Counted from the first letter of the stretch, positions 27,238-36,356 are shown. The stretch is DNA of 64,000 nucleotides from Gemmatimonadaceae bacterium (GCA_031426255.1 JANPKW010000004.1:26886-90885); one strand, 5' to 3'. A program made the numbers and translations. Notes: generated by a model from the sequence alone, not told the origin.

Positions 27238-28641
27238 ATGATCGAAGAACTGATGAAGGGCGCCGTGAGCGTCAGCAACGGGCAGGTTTCCATCGTCGCC
27301 GAAGACAGGCTTGCCACGAGTGAAATGGATGCGCTCGTGCGCGCCGCTGTATTCGGTGAACAGGACGAGCGCGACGATGCCCGCTGGCTGATATGGGAAC
27401 TCGGCCAGGCCGCGGGAGTCATACCGTCGTCGATCCATGAGCTGTACATGGCACGCGGTCGAGGGGAGACGGGCGGCTATACCGTACCGGCGATCAACAT
27501 CCGCGGCATGACCTACGACACTGCGCGCTCAATCTTTCGTACCGCGATCAAGCTCGACGCAGGCGCGTTCATTCTGGAGATCGCGCGATCAGAGATCGCC
27601 TATACTGATCAGCGGCCGACCGAATACGTCGCGGTGCTGATTGCCGCCGCGCTGAGGGAAGGATGGCGCGGTCCGCTCTTCATACAGGGAGATCACTTCC
27701 AGGTCAGCGCGAAAAAGTTCGCTGCGGATCCCGAGACAGAGGTGGAAGCGGTCAGGCAACTCGCGCGCGAGGCCATCGCGGCTGGGTTCTACAACATTGA
27801 CATCGACACCTCGACGCTGGTCGACCTGTCGAAGCCGAATCTCGATGAGCAGCAGCGTGTGAACTACGAGCAGGCTGCGGGCCTCGCAATGTTTATTCGC
27901 AAGCTGCAGCCGGCAGGGATCGACATTTCGCTCGGTGGCGAGATCGGGGAAGTCGGAACCGAAAACAGCACGGTAGAGGAGCTCGAGGCATACATGCAGG
28001 GCTTTAACCGCACCTTGCAAGAGGCGGCACCGGGGATGGCGGGCCTTTCCAAGATCAGCGTCCAGTCGGGTACAACGCACGGTGGTGTCGTGCTGGCCGA
28101 CGGAACGATTGCGGATGTGCAGATCGATCTCGGAACACTCGAGCGATTGTCACAGGTTGCGCGCGACGACTATGGTCTTGCCGGAGCCGTGCAGCATGGA
28201 GCGTCAACGCTGCCCGATACCGCATTCAACAATTTTCCGCAAACGGAAACTGCTGAGATACATCTCGCTACGAACTTTCAGACCATGCTTTACGACAGAC
28301 TGCCTGGTTCGCTTCGAGATGAGCTCTACGAGTGGTTGCGTGAGCATGCGAAGGATGAGCGCAAAGCGAGCGACTCGGACGAACAGTTTTTTTACAAGAC
28401 CCGGAAAAAGGCGATTGGTCCCTTCAAGCGTAAGCTCTGGGATATCGACGACGATGTGAAGTCAGAACTCGCATCGGCCTACGATGACAAGTTCACGTTT
28501 CTTTTCACGCAGCTCGGGATTGGCGGGACAGCAAAGGACGTGGCGAAGCACGTGTCAATCGTGAAGCAGCACAGGCCGCAGCCGCACGAAGGAATGGAGA
28601 GCGTCGCAGCGGCGCCTGACGACGCGGACCTGAGTGACTGA
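27238..28641 (+). CDS. fba: Class II fructose-bisphosphate aldolase family protein (long form, 467 aa)
   Basis: TVPAINIR, EIARSEI, QGDH, GGEIGEVG, GTTHGG, VQHGASTLP, EIHLAT. Start placed at ATG 27238. Confidence 0.88.
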   Translation: MIEELMKGAVSVSNGQVSIVAEDRLATSEMDALVRAAVFGEQDERDDARWLIWELGQAAGVIPSSIHELYMARGRGETGGYTVPAINIRGMTYDTARSIFRTAIKLDAGAFILEIARSEIAYTDQRPTEYVAVLIAAALREGWRGPLFIQGDHFQVSAKKFAADPETEVEAVRQLAREAIAAGFYNIDIDTSTLVDLSKPNLDEQQRVNYEQAAGLAMFIRKLQPAGIDISLGGEIGEVGTENSTVEELEAYMQGFNRTLQEAAPGMAGLSKISVQSGTTHGGVVLADGTIADVQIDLGTLERLSQVARDDYGLAGAVQHGASTLPDTAFNNFPQTETAEIHLATNFQTMLYDRLPGSLRDELYEWLREHAKDERKASDSDEQFFYKTRKKAIGPFKRKLWDIDDDVKSELASAYDDKFTFLFTQLGIGGTAKDVAKHVSIVKQHRPQPHEGMESVAAAPDDADLSD

Positions 28642-29056
28642 ACAGCCGGGCAGCGGGACGGGCCGGTGGGAGATCATGAAGGAGATCTCACGGTCGTCGG
28701 GACACGAGCTCAGGAACGCCCTCAATGCGCTCGTGGTAAATCTCGAGGTTGTCCGGAGCCGCTCGGCGGATTCATCGGTTCGTGAGTTCATCGAGCAGTC
28801 AGTCAGTCAATCGGAGGAGTCAGTTCGCCTTGCCGAATCTGCAATTGCACTGCTCAATCTCATCGTCGAATCGATTGGGCCTGATGGAGCGGTGCAATGC
28901 AGTCTGGTCGATGGTGACGGTATTCGAATCGAGGCAACGCCAGGCGAGGCGGAGCGCTCGGCGAGGTCTCTCGGAGCTCTCGCAAGCAGAGCCGGAATGA
29001 GCGTCGATGTGAGTGGTTCAGCGGTTATATTAAAGCCCATCCGCAGCAGCCAATGA
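28634..29056 (+). CDS. HisKA-like (DHp) domain protein lacking a recognisable HATPase domain
   Basis: H-box-like GHELRNALNALVVNLEVV; 140 aa; no N/G1/G2 boxes; overlaps the fba stop. Confidence 0.75.
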   Translation: MTEQPGSGTGRWEIMKEISRSSGHELRNALNALVVNLEVVRSRSADSSVREFIEQSVSQSEESVRLAESAIALLNLIVESIGPDGAVQCSLVDGDGIRIEATPGEAERSARSLGALASRAGMSVDVSGSAVILKPIRSSQ

Positions 29057-29115
29057 AATCGCGATATCGACCCTCTCGGTAGGCGCCATCCACTGACACC
29101 GACTGAGCACGCTGA

Positions 29116-30579
29116 ATGACAAAAGCACGAATCCTGATTGCCGACGATGAGCTTTCTATGACCAACGCGCTCAGTGCTATCCTGAGTGGCGAGGGTTACG
29201 ACGTGTCAGTCGCGTCCGATGGCAAGAAAGCAATGGACCAGCTCAGCTCTGACGATTTCGGGGTTGTGCTCGCGGACCTGAAAATGCCGAAGCTCGACGG
29301 ACTCGCGCTTCTGAAAGAGCTGCAGCGCCTTGGAATACCGACGGAATGCATCATCGTGACGGGGCAGGGCACCGTCGACTCGGCAGTGCAGGCAATGCGT
29401 GAGGGCGCGTACGATTACATCGAGAAGCCGCTCAACGCCGAAAAGCTCAATCGCCTCAAGGCGCTCATCCCGAAGGCCCTCGAAAAGTTCAACGTTCAGG
29501 CGCGCAACCGGGAGCTCTCATCGAAGCTCGAGGGACTGACGCATTTTGGTGAACTCACGGGTCAGTCGGATGAGATGCGCTCTGTCTACCAGATCATCGA
29601 CGCAGTCGCATCGTCTACTGCAAGCGTGATGATCCTCGGCGAATCCGGAACCGGCAAGGAGCTGGTCGCACGCGCGCTTCACACGCGAAGCGATCGCGCC
29701 AAAGGTCCCTTCTTCGCTCTCAACTGCGCCGCGCTGCCCAAGGACATCCTCGAGAACGAACTGTTCGGGCACGAAAAAGGTGCGTTCACGGGGTCGATCA
29801 ACGAAAAAGCCGGCGCGTTCGAGATGGCTCACGGCGGCACGATCTTCCTCGACGAAGTTGCCGAGATGGCGACAGATATCCAGGTGAAGCTGCTTCGCGC
29901 CATCGAGACGCGGGCCATTCGTCGGTTGGGTGGGAAAAAGGAAATCGCTGTCGACATTCGCATCGTGGCAGCCACTAATCGTGACCTCCAGAAAGCACTT
30001 GCTGAGAATGAGCTGCGCGAGGATCTGTACTATCGCCTCGCCGTAGTTGAAGTATTTCTTCCGCCGCTTCGGGACCGCACCGGCGACATCAAGCTTCTCG
30101 CCAACGAATTCCTCACGCGGTTCTGCCAGCAGAACGGGAAAAAGATCCGGGGCTTTGACGAGCCCGCATGGGACTGGATCCTCTCGCACAACTGGCCGGG
30201 CAACGTCCGCGAGCTGAAGAACGCAGTGGAGCGCGCCGTGATCATGGCCAAGGGCGACGTCATTACTGCAGACGACATCATGCCGCGTCACATCAGAACC
30301 GGCGAGTATGCGGCCGTCATGACTGTGCCTGCTGGCGCGTCTCTCGCAGATACGAGGCGTCAACTGGTGTTGCGTACCTTCGCGTCTACCAGCGGCGATG
30401 CCATACGTACCGGCAAGATCGTGGGAATTCCCGCTGAGGATGTGAAGCGGGAAATCGCGCAGCTGCTGGAAAGGAACGGTGATGGCAGCGCCGAGAACGG
30501 TGGTGCATCGAGCGCGGCAGCGCGGGTTGCCAGCCCGCTCAAGCCGCCCGCCACGAAGGCAAAGGCAAAGAAGAAATGA
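29116..30579 (+). CDS. Sigma-54-dependent response regulator (NtrC family)
   Basis: Receiver (IADDE, DLKMP), Walker A GESGTGKE, GAFTGS loop, FLDEV, HNWPGNVRELKN. Confidence 0.96.
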   Translation: MTKARILIADDELSMTNALSAILSGEGYDVSVASDGKKAMDQLSSDDFGVVLADLKMPKLDGLALLKELQRLGIPTECIIVTGQGTVDSAVQAMREGAYDYIEKPLNAEKLNRLKALIPKALEKFNVQARNRELSSKLEGLTHFGELTGQSDEMRSVYQIIDAVASSTASVMILGESGTGKELVARALHTRSDRAKGPFFALNCAALPKDILENELFGHEKGAFTGSINEKAGAFEMAHGGTIFLDEVAEMATDIQVKLLRAIETRAIRRLGGKKEIAVDIRIVAATNRDLQKALAENELREDLYYRLAVVEVFLPPLRDRTGDIKLLANEFLTRFCQQNGKKIRGFDEPAWDWILSHNWPGNVRELKNAVERAVIMAKGDVITADDIMPRHIRTGEYAAVMTVPAGASLADTRRQLVLRTFASTSGDAIRTGKIVGIPAEDVKREIAQLLERNGDGSAENGGASSAAARVASPLKPPATKAKAKKK

Positions 30580-30597
30580 ACCTGAGGATTCACAAAG

Positions 30598-31002
30598 ATG
30601 TCTGACTACGATTGGGAAGACGAAGGACCGTACGTCGTGATCGAGCGCAATGAACCGGGCGTTGGTGCGTTTGTAGCCGGCCTCGCTCTTGGTGTTGGGC
30701 TCGCTCTCCTTTTCGCGCCGAAGTCTGGCGTCGAGACGAGGCGTGATATTCAGCGGCGCGCTCGAAAAGTCGGCGATCAGGCGCAGGATTTCGTGGCCGA
30801 TGTTTCTGATGGGGTCACGCAGCGTTTCCATCAGGCTCGCGAGACTGTCGAGGGCCAGATTGATTCAGCGCGCCAGGCGGTCGAGATCAAGCGCCGCCAG
30901 GTCACCAATGCGGTTGATGCCGGCCGTGCCGCCGCGCAGCAGGCACGCGAGGAGCTCGAGCAGCGCATCGCGGAAACCAAGGCCGCCTACAAAGAGACCT
31001 AG
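30598..31002 (+). CDS. YtxH domain-containing protein
   Basis: GAFVAGLALGVGLALLFAPKSGVETRRDI followed by a helical A/Q/R-rich segment. Confidence 0.88.
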   Translation: MSDYDWEDEGPYVVIERNEPGVGAFVAGLALGVGLALLFAPKSGVETRRDIQRRARKVGDQAQDFVADVSDGVTQRFHQARETVEGQIDSARQAVEIKRRQVTNAVDAGRAAAQQAREELEQRIAETKAAYKET

Positions 31003-31910
31003 TGCCGAAAAGGCCGTTCCATATCAGGATCGGCTGGACGCTCCGCGATTACGCGAAACGCGTCTGGGACAACAGCGGTGAAGACAACATTTTCTTTCTG
31101 GCGGGAGGGATTGCCTTCAATCTCCTCCTCGCCGCTGTTCCGTTTGTACTGCTGATAGCATCGGCTCTCGCGTACCTGCTGAACCACTCGGCCGAGGCGT
31201 CATCGGCGGAGATCAATGAGATAGTCTACAGATTCCTGCCACCCGCACCCTCGGGTGAACAGTCGCCGCTCGGGAACGTGCTGGTTGACATCGTTCAGTC
31301 GCGGCAGGCAATCGGTATCTATAGTGTCGTCGGGTTCATATGGTTCTCGACGCGGCTATTCGGGTCCCTGCGCAGCGTTCTCGGCCTGATCTTCGACATC
31401 GATTCGGATCGTGGTATTGTGGCGGGCAAGATCTTCGACGTGCAGATCACAATTGTGTCATCGCTGCTTCTCGTTGCTTACACAGCGCTCAATGCTTACC
31501 TGGCACTCGCGACTACGCGGGGGCTGCTGTTTCTGGGAGAGCTGGGTGTGCGGAAGGAGATGATGGGCAATCTCGAGTACAATATTGGCCAGTTCGTCGC
31601 GTTTCTTTTCATTGCAATGATGTTCTGGGCTCTCTACAAATTTCTGCCGAATCGCAAGATGAGGTGGCAGATGGCTATGGTGGGCGCGATTTTCACCAGC
31701 CTGCTACTGGAGGTGGCGAAGCGCGGATTCGGTGCTTACGTGGTTTCTTTTAACCCCGGTTCGTTATATTCTGGTACATTGGCGGCGCTGATTATTGTCG
31801 TCGTTTGGACCTACTACGCCGCGATCATTTTCATTCTGGGCGGCGAAGTGGCGCAAGTCTTTGAGCTGCGCAGAGTTAGGCGATTGCAGCGCGAGGCTTT
31901 CGAAGACTGA
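31002..31910 (+). CDS. YihY/virulence factor BrkB family membrane protein
   Basis: DNIFFLAGGIAF, six hydrophobic segments, LYKFLPN, LYSGTLAALII...WTYYAAIIFILGGE. Confidence 0.92.
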   Translation: MPKRPFHIRIGWTLRDYAKRVWDNSGEDNIFFLAGGIAFNLLLAAVPFVLLIASALAYLLNHSAEASSAEINEIVYRFLPPAPSGEQSPLGNVLVDIVQSRQAIGIYSVVGFIWFSTRLFGSLRSVLGLIFDIDSDRGIVAGKIFDVQITIVSSLLLVAYTALNAYLALATTRGLLFLGELGVRKEMMGNLEYNIGQFVAFLFIAMMFWALYKFLPNRKMRWQMAMVGAIFTSLLLEVAKRGFGAYVVSFNPGSLYSGTLAALIIVVVWTYYAAIIFILGGEVAQVFELRRVRRLQREAFED

Positions 31911-31916
31911 AAATTG

Positions 31917-31932
31917 CGGCAAAGAAGTTGCA
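31917..31932 (+). promoter_or_regulatory. Candidate sigma-54 promoter
   Basis: CGGCAAA-GAAG-TTGCA: GGCA and TTGCA with exact -24/-12 spacing, 56 nt upstream of the small lipoprotein start. Confidence 0.45.
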
Positions 31933-31987
31933 ATAGGGCTCGTGTGCCGCAACGTGCGGCTCAAACTAACATTCTGGGAGGCGTCTC

Positions 31988-32176
31988 GTGCGTAAGCTCA
32001 TTGGACTGGCCATGCTGGCCGTCGCAGTCACCGCGTGCAGCAAGACTGAAAGTGGTGATCTGGAAGTCGAGAAGCCGGTAGTCGGAACGGTCACGGATAC
32101 GCTGAACGTACCCACCGTTGAAGTTGGCACCGACACGGCAACCATCAAGGTTCCTGATATCGACATCAAGAAGTAA
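31988..32176 (+). CDS. Small lipoprotein (62 aa)
   Basis: GGGAGG RBS, GTG start, basic N-terminus plus lipobox AVTA-C, followed by its own terminator. Confidence 0.82.
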   Translation: MRKLIGLAMLAVAVTACSKTESGDLEVEKPVVGTVTDTLNVPTVEVGTDTATIKVPDIDIKK

Positions 32177-32194
32177 TCAGCCTTTCGAGGCTTG

Positions 32195-32229
32195 AGCCCG
32201 CTTCCCTCTTTAGGGAGGCGGGTTTTTTT
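32195..32229 (+). terminator. Rho-independent terminator
   Basis: CCCGCTTCCCT-CTTT-AGGGAGGCGGG followed by T7. Confidence 0.9.
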
Positions 32230-32261
32230 CATCAGGCCGCCGGCCGGCCTCCGGCCGCAGT

Positions 32262-32317
32262 TAGTGCGGAGTACGCAATACAGTCCGCAGTACGCAATTC
32301 AGTCCGCAGTACGTAGT
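32262..32317 (+). repeat. Three imperfect 19-bp tandem repeats (CAGTCCGCAGTACGCAAT-like)
   Basis: TAGTGCGGAGTACGCAATA / CAGTCCGCAGTACGCAATT / CAGTCCGCAGTACGTAGT read directly. Confidence 0.8.
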
Positions 32318-32325
32318 GTTATATT
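32317..32325 (+). promoter_or_regulatory. Possible extended -10 promoter of SRP RNA/dnaX
   Basis: TG-T-TATATT resembles TGnTATAAT, immediately upstream of the predicted ffs 5' end. Confidence 0.4.
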
Positions 32326-32326
32326 T

Positions 32327-32434
32327 GGGGTGCCCCAGGTCCCGGAGGGCACGAGCCCGCTAACTCCGTCAGGACCCCGAAGGTAGCAGCGGCATGCGGT
32401 GTCTTGCGTTGCTCCGTCAGGCCTGGGGTATCTT
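32327..32434 (+). ncRNA. ffs: Signal recognition particle RNA (4.5S, small bacterial SRP)
   Basis: Domain IV signature GTCAGG-ACCC-CGAA-GG-TAGCAGC, terminal stem GGTGCCCCAGG/CCTGGGGTATC, typical position upstream of dnaX. Ends are approximate. Confidence 0.88.
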
Positions 32435-32443
32435 CCCTCCTCA

Positions 32444-33967
32444 ATGACGCTCGCTCTAGCCCGGAAATACCGACCCCGAACTTTCGCCGGCGTAGCGGTG
32501 CAGTCTCACGTGTCAGACACGCTTCGCGGCGCAATTGCTCGCGGCAGGGTCGCACACGGATATCTGCTCTGCGGCCCGCGCGGAACCGGCAAAACGACAC
32601 TCGCGCGCGTGCTCGCCATGGCGCTCAACTGCGAGAACAGGTCACCCGAGGGTGAGCCCTGCGGGGAATGCATTTCCTGTCAGCGCATCTGGAGCGGGAG
32701 CTCGAGCCTCGATGTTGTGGAGATCGACGCTGCATCCAACCGCGGTGTCGACGACGCACGTGAGCTTCGTGAGCGCGCGATGTACGCACCGTCCGGCGAC
32801 GACCGATATAAGGTCTACATTGTCGATGAAGCGCACATGCTCACGCGCGAAGCATGGAACGCGCTGCTCAAAATTCTCGAGGAGCCGCCGCCCCGCGTAG
32901 TGTTCGTGTTTGCCACGACAGATCCACAGAAAATTGCACAGGCTGCGGCGCCAGTACTAAGCCGGCTTCAGCGTTTTGACCTGAAGCGGATCAGCCTTTC
33001 TGAGATCATCACGCGACTCAAGTCAGTGCTGGGCTCGGAGAATATTCCGGCGACCGATGATGCCCTCGCGATGATCGCTCGTGCCGCTGACGGCTCCATG
33101 CGCGATGCGCTCTCGCTTACCGATCAGGTGATATCGATCGGCGAATCGGAAGTAACAGCCGATCGTGTTCGCGAGGCGCTCGGCTTGGTTCCCGAGGATG
33201 AATATCTCGCAGTCATCTCGATGATCGCGGAGCGTAGAGCGGGGGATGTCTTCGGATCGGTTGCGCGCCTTGCGGACGGCGGCGTCGACTTTGGCGTTTT
33301 CCTCTCCGGACTAGGCGATATGATAAGGGCGCAGCTGGCTGTGATCCTCAATGGCCGGATGGAAGGCCTTTCACCTCACGCGCTCGAAGCGCTGGAGACT
33401 CATCGCGAGGAATTCTCCGCCGGCGACCTGGTACGCATGCTCTCTATGATGAGCGCAATCGAGCCACAGTTTCGCCGCAGCACTCAACAGCAGCTTCTCG
33501 TGGAAATGCTGCTGGTTCGTTTTGCGCTGCTCGACCGCGCGGTGTCGATCGAAGAGGTTCTTCAGACACTTGGTGGCGCCCCCCGTAGCGGAGGCGGCCA
33601 GGCCTCTCCCCGACAGCCCGAGCCACGCAAACCTCTTCAAACTGAATCGCGGCCAGTCCAGCGCACGGAAACCCGGCAAGCGGACACGCCGCGATCGATT
33701 GAACCGGTGATCGACACCCCGACAGACGCGCTTCGCACTCCGCCTGCTCCTCCGATCAAAGTCACTCCGCCGAGTCCGCAGAAGCCGGTAGATTCGCTCG
33801 CTGGTGCAGGCTGGAAAACGAAGCTGGAACAGAGTGCAAGCAGCGGCCACCGGCCTGTTCGCCTCACAACTGAGGCAGTGAGGGAGGAACGCCTTCGCAT
33901 GCTTCGTGCGCAGGATCCGCTGTTTGACGCAGCAGTTCGTGAGCTCGATCTCGACCTGCTCGACTAA
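32444..33967 (+). CDS. dnaX: DNA polymerase III subunit gamma/tau
   Basis: LARKYRP, GPRGTGKTT, C..C..C zinc site, EIDAASNRGVD, IVDEAHML, NALLKILEEPP, GSMRDALS. Start placed at ATG 32444. Confidence 0.97.
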   Translation: MTLALARKYRPRTFAGVAVQSHVSDTLRGAIARGRVAHGYLLCGPRGTGKTTLARVLAMALNCENRSPEGEPCGECISCQRIWSGSSSLDVVEIDAASNRGVDDARELRERAMYAPSGDDRYKVYIVDEAHMLTREAWNALLKILEEPPPRVVFVFATTDPQKIAQAAAPVLSRLQRFDLKRISLSEIITRLKSVLGSENIPATDDALAMIARAADGSMRDALSLTDQVISIGESEVTADRVREALGLVPEDEYLAVISMIAERRAGDVFGSVARLADGGVDFGVFLSGLGDMIRAQLAVILNGRMEGLSPHALEALETHREEFSAGDLVRMLSMMSAIEPQFRRSTQQQLLVEMLLVRFALLDRAVSIEEVLQTLGGAPRSGGGQASPRQPEPRKPLQTESRPVQRTETRQADTPRSIEPVIDTPTDALRTPPAPPIKVTPPSPQKPVDSLAGAGWKTKLEQSASSGHRPVRLTTEAVREERLRMLRAQDPLFDAAVRELDLDLLD

Positions 33968-33987
33968 CCATACCACAAGGCAGCCAG

Positions 33988-34305
33988 ATGGCAGATTTCT
34001 CGAAGATGCTGGAGCAGGCGCAGCAGATGCAGAGCCGCCTCGAAAAAATTCAGGAAGAGCTGAGCGGGATGACAGTCAGCGGGACGTCGGGTGGCGGGAT
34101 GGTAACTGTAGACGCTGACGGCAAGGGCCAGATTACCAAGGTGAGGGTTGATCCGTCAATAGTTAACGCGTCTGATGTAGAGATGCTCGAGGACCTCCTT
34201 CTGGTAGCATTGCGTGACGCTCAGCAGAAATCGGCGGAAATGGCGAAGCAGGAAATGTCAAAACTCACGGGGGGTATGGGCCTTCCGTTCAAGCTTCCGT
34301 TCTAG
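33988..34305 (+). CDS. ybaB: YbaB/EbfC family nucleoid-associated protein
   Basis: QAQQMQ, SGGGMVTV, DVEMLEDLLLVA; lies between dnaX and recR. Confidence 0.95.
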   Translation: MADFSKMLEQAQQMQSRLEKIQEELSGMTVSGTSGGGMVTVDADGKGQITKVRVDPSIVNASDVEMLEDLLLVALRDAQQKSAEMAKQEMSKLTGGMGLPFKLPF

Positions 34306-34306
34306 A

Positions 34307-34894
34307 GTGTCTGCAATCGACGCACTCGCGTCGGAGCTCGCCCGGCTTCCCGGCATAGGACGAAAGACCGCGCTTCGGCTCACTTATCATTTGTTGAGGC
34401 AGCCCGTCGAACAGTCACGCCGCCTTGCTGATGCACTTGTCACACTTGCCGAGCGTGTGAAGCCGTGCTCGCATTGCTTCAATCTGACTGAAGAGGACGT
34501 GTGCGCCATTTGCCGCGACTCGCGTCGGGACGCAGCCATCATCTGCGCGGTGGAGGAAGCGTCGGATATCGGCGCTATCGAGCGCGCAGGCGAGTTCCGC
34601 GGGTTGTACCACGTCCTCGGCGGCAGGCTTTCGCCACTCGATGGAATTGGCCCGGATGACCTCACGATCCCGCAGCTCGAGAGCCGGGTCGCTGGTGGAA
34701 TCGTTCGCGAAGTCATCATTGCAACGAATCCGAGCATTGAGGGCGAGGCCACTGCGCTGTACGTTCAGCGGAAGTTGTCACCATATCATCTGACTGTCAC
34801 ACGCATCGCGCGAGGATTGCCGGTGGGTGGTGACCTCGAGTACGCTGACGGAGTGACCATTGCACAAGCTTTATCGGCACGGCGGGCGATGTGA
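34307..34894 (+). CDS. recR: Recombination mediator RecR
   Basis: LPGIGRKTALRL, CSHCFN...CAIC, YHVLGGRLSPLDG, ATNPSIEGEATA, GGDLEYAD. Start placed at GTG 34307. Confidence 0.97.
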   Translation: MSAIDALASELARLPGIGRKTALRLTYHLLRQPVEQSRRLADALVTLAERVKPCSHCFNLTEEDVCAICRDSRRDAAIICAVEEASDIGAIERAGEFRGLYHVLGGRLSPLDGIGPDDLTIPQLESRVAGGIVREVIIATNPSIEGEATALYVQRKLSPYHLTVTRIARGLPVGGDLEYADGVTIAQALSARRAM

Positions 34895-35166
34895 TGAGCG
34901 GCCGTAACAGCCAGCTGGCCGGACTTGGTTTTGTTGCGGGGCTGGCCTGCGGAGCACTCGCGTGGAGTCATCTGCAGCGGCAGCACAGCCGCGACCTTTT
35001 CAGCAAGCATCCGTTGCGGCGCTTCGCGGCGTTGAGCTATCTGCGAACCAGGCCGTCGATGGGCACACTGCGACTCCTCCGGGAATACATCGCGTGGGAG
35101 CGGTCGGCCGTTCTGCGCGAGCGCGGGGTGAGACTGATGCGCAGCATTGAATCGACTCTCGCCTGA
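34891..35166 (+). CDS. Hypothetical protein (91 aa) with N-terminal hydrophobic helix
   Basis: GTGA overlap with recR and ends 3 nt before mglB, consistent with translational coupling. Confidence 0.75.
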   Translation: MMSGRNSQLAGLGFVAGLACGALAWSHLQRQHSRDLFSKHPLRRFAALSYLRTRPSMGTLRLLREYIAWERSAVLRERGVRLMRSIESTLA

Positions 35167-35168
35167 AA

Positions 35169-35663
35169 GTGACAAACCCCGGCGCAGCAACCTGGTCTTT
35201 TGACGAAGAGGACCTCGCCGCTCTCACGCAGACGGTCGAGAAGTTTCTCGCGGACACCGGCGCTCATTCGGCCCTGATTGCTGACAGGTCGGGACAGCTG
35301 GTGGCGACGATGGGCCAGCCTCTGAATTTCGATCCCACTGTTTTCGCTACACTGACCGCTGCCGATTTCAGCGCCAACGATCAGCTGGCGCGGCTTATCG
35401 GCGAAACGGATTTCACTACACTATTCCATCAGGGCGAGAAAGAATCGCTTTATGTCGCCGACGTGGCGCGCCGGCTGATTCTGGTTACGCTGTTCGACAA
35501 CCGCACGCCGATCGGCCTGGTTCGCCTGAAAATGAAGCCGGTGGTGGAGGAGCTCACTGCACACCTCGATCGCGCCTACACTCGTGCGCGTGAGAGCGGA
35601 GCAACGCAGCCGAACATCCTCGCCGGGGCCGGCGACGAGATCGACGAGCTGTTCAACTGGTAA
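35169..35663 (+). CDS. mglB: Roadblock/LC7 domain protein, MglB-like GAP
   Basis: ALIADRSGQLV, AADFSANDQLARLIGE, LFHQGEKES, LFDNRTPIGLVRL; directly upstream of mglA. Confidence 0.9.
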   Translation: MTNPGAATWSFDEEDLAALTQTVEKFLADTGAHSALIADRSGQLVATMGQPLNFDPTVFATLTAADFSANDQLARLIGETDFTTLFHQGEKESLYVADVARRLILVTLFDNRTPIGLVRLKMKPVVEELTAHLDRAYTRARESGATQPNILAGAGDEIDELFNW

Positions 35664-35678
35664 GGAGATAGAACTGCG

Positions 35679-36356
35679 ATGTCGATGATCAACTACGCGG
35701 CGCGCGAGATCAACTGCAAGATCGTCTACTACGGCCCTGGCCTCGGCGGCAAGACGACGAATCTCGAGCACATCTACGGAAAAGTAAAACCCGACACTCG
35801 CGGCAAGCTCATCTCGCTCGCGACCGAGACCGAGCGCACGCTCTTCTTCGATTTCCTGCCGGTCGACCTCGGTACTATTCGCGGGTTCAACACGCGCTTT
35901 CATCTGTACACGGTACCCGGTCAGGTCTACTACAACGCAAGCCGCAAGCTCATCCTGAAGAATGTGGACGGCGTGGTGTTCGTTGCCGATTCTCAGATCG
36001 AGAGAATGGAAGCGAATCTGGAGTCGATGCAGAATCTCTACGACAATATGGCCGAGTACGGCTATGACCTGACAAAGATCCCGTTCGTCATGCAGTACAA
36101 CAAGCGTGACCTGCCGAATGCTGCGGCGATCGGCGAATTGCAGGCAGCACTCAACCCGGGCTGGGAGTATCACGACCCGGCAAAAGCGCGCGTCACACCG
36201 GATCCGTATCATGCCGGCGAAAACCTGATCGATCAGCTACCGACCGGCGAATGGGTAGAGCGAGCTTCCTACTTCGAAGCTGTGGCGATCGAGGGTGACG
36301 GAGTGTTCGACACACTGAAGGCAGTCAGCAAGCTGGTTCTCAAAGCGCTCGCCTGA
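35679..36356 (+). CDS. mglA: MglA-like small Ras-superfamily GTPase
   Basis: [54 protein letters not shown]. Confidence 0.96.
   Translation: MSMINYAAREINCKIVYYGPGLGGKTTNLEHIYGKVKPDTRGKLISLATETERTLFFDFLPVDLGTIRGFNTRFHLYTVPGQVYYNASRKLILKNVDGVVFVADSQIERMEANLESMQNLYDNMAEYGYDLTKIPFVMQYNKRDLPNAAAIGELQAALNPGWEYHDPAKARVTPDPYHAGENLIDQLPTGEWVERASYFEAVAIEGDGVFDTLKAVSKLVLKALA

Noticed and set aside
32444-33967. Programmed -1 frameshift in dnaX producing gamma
   Set aside because: No A-AAA-AAG-type slippery heptamer or poly-A run was seen in the gene.
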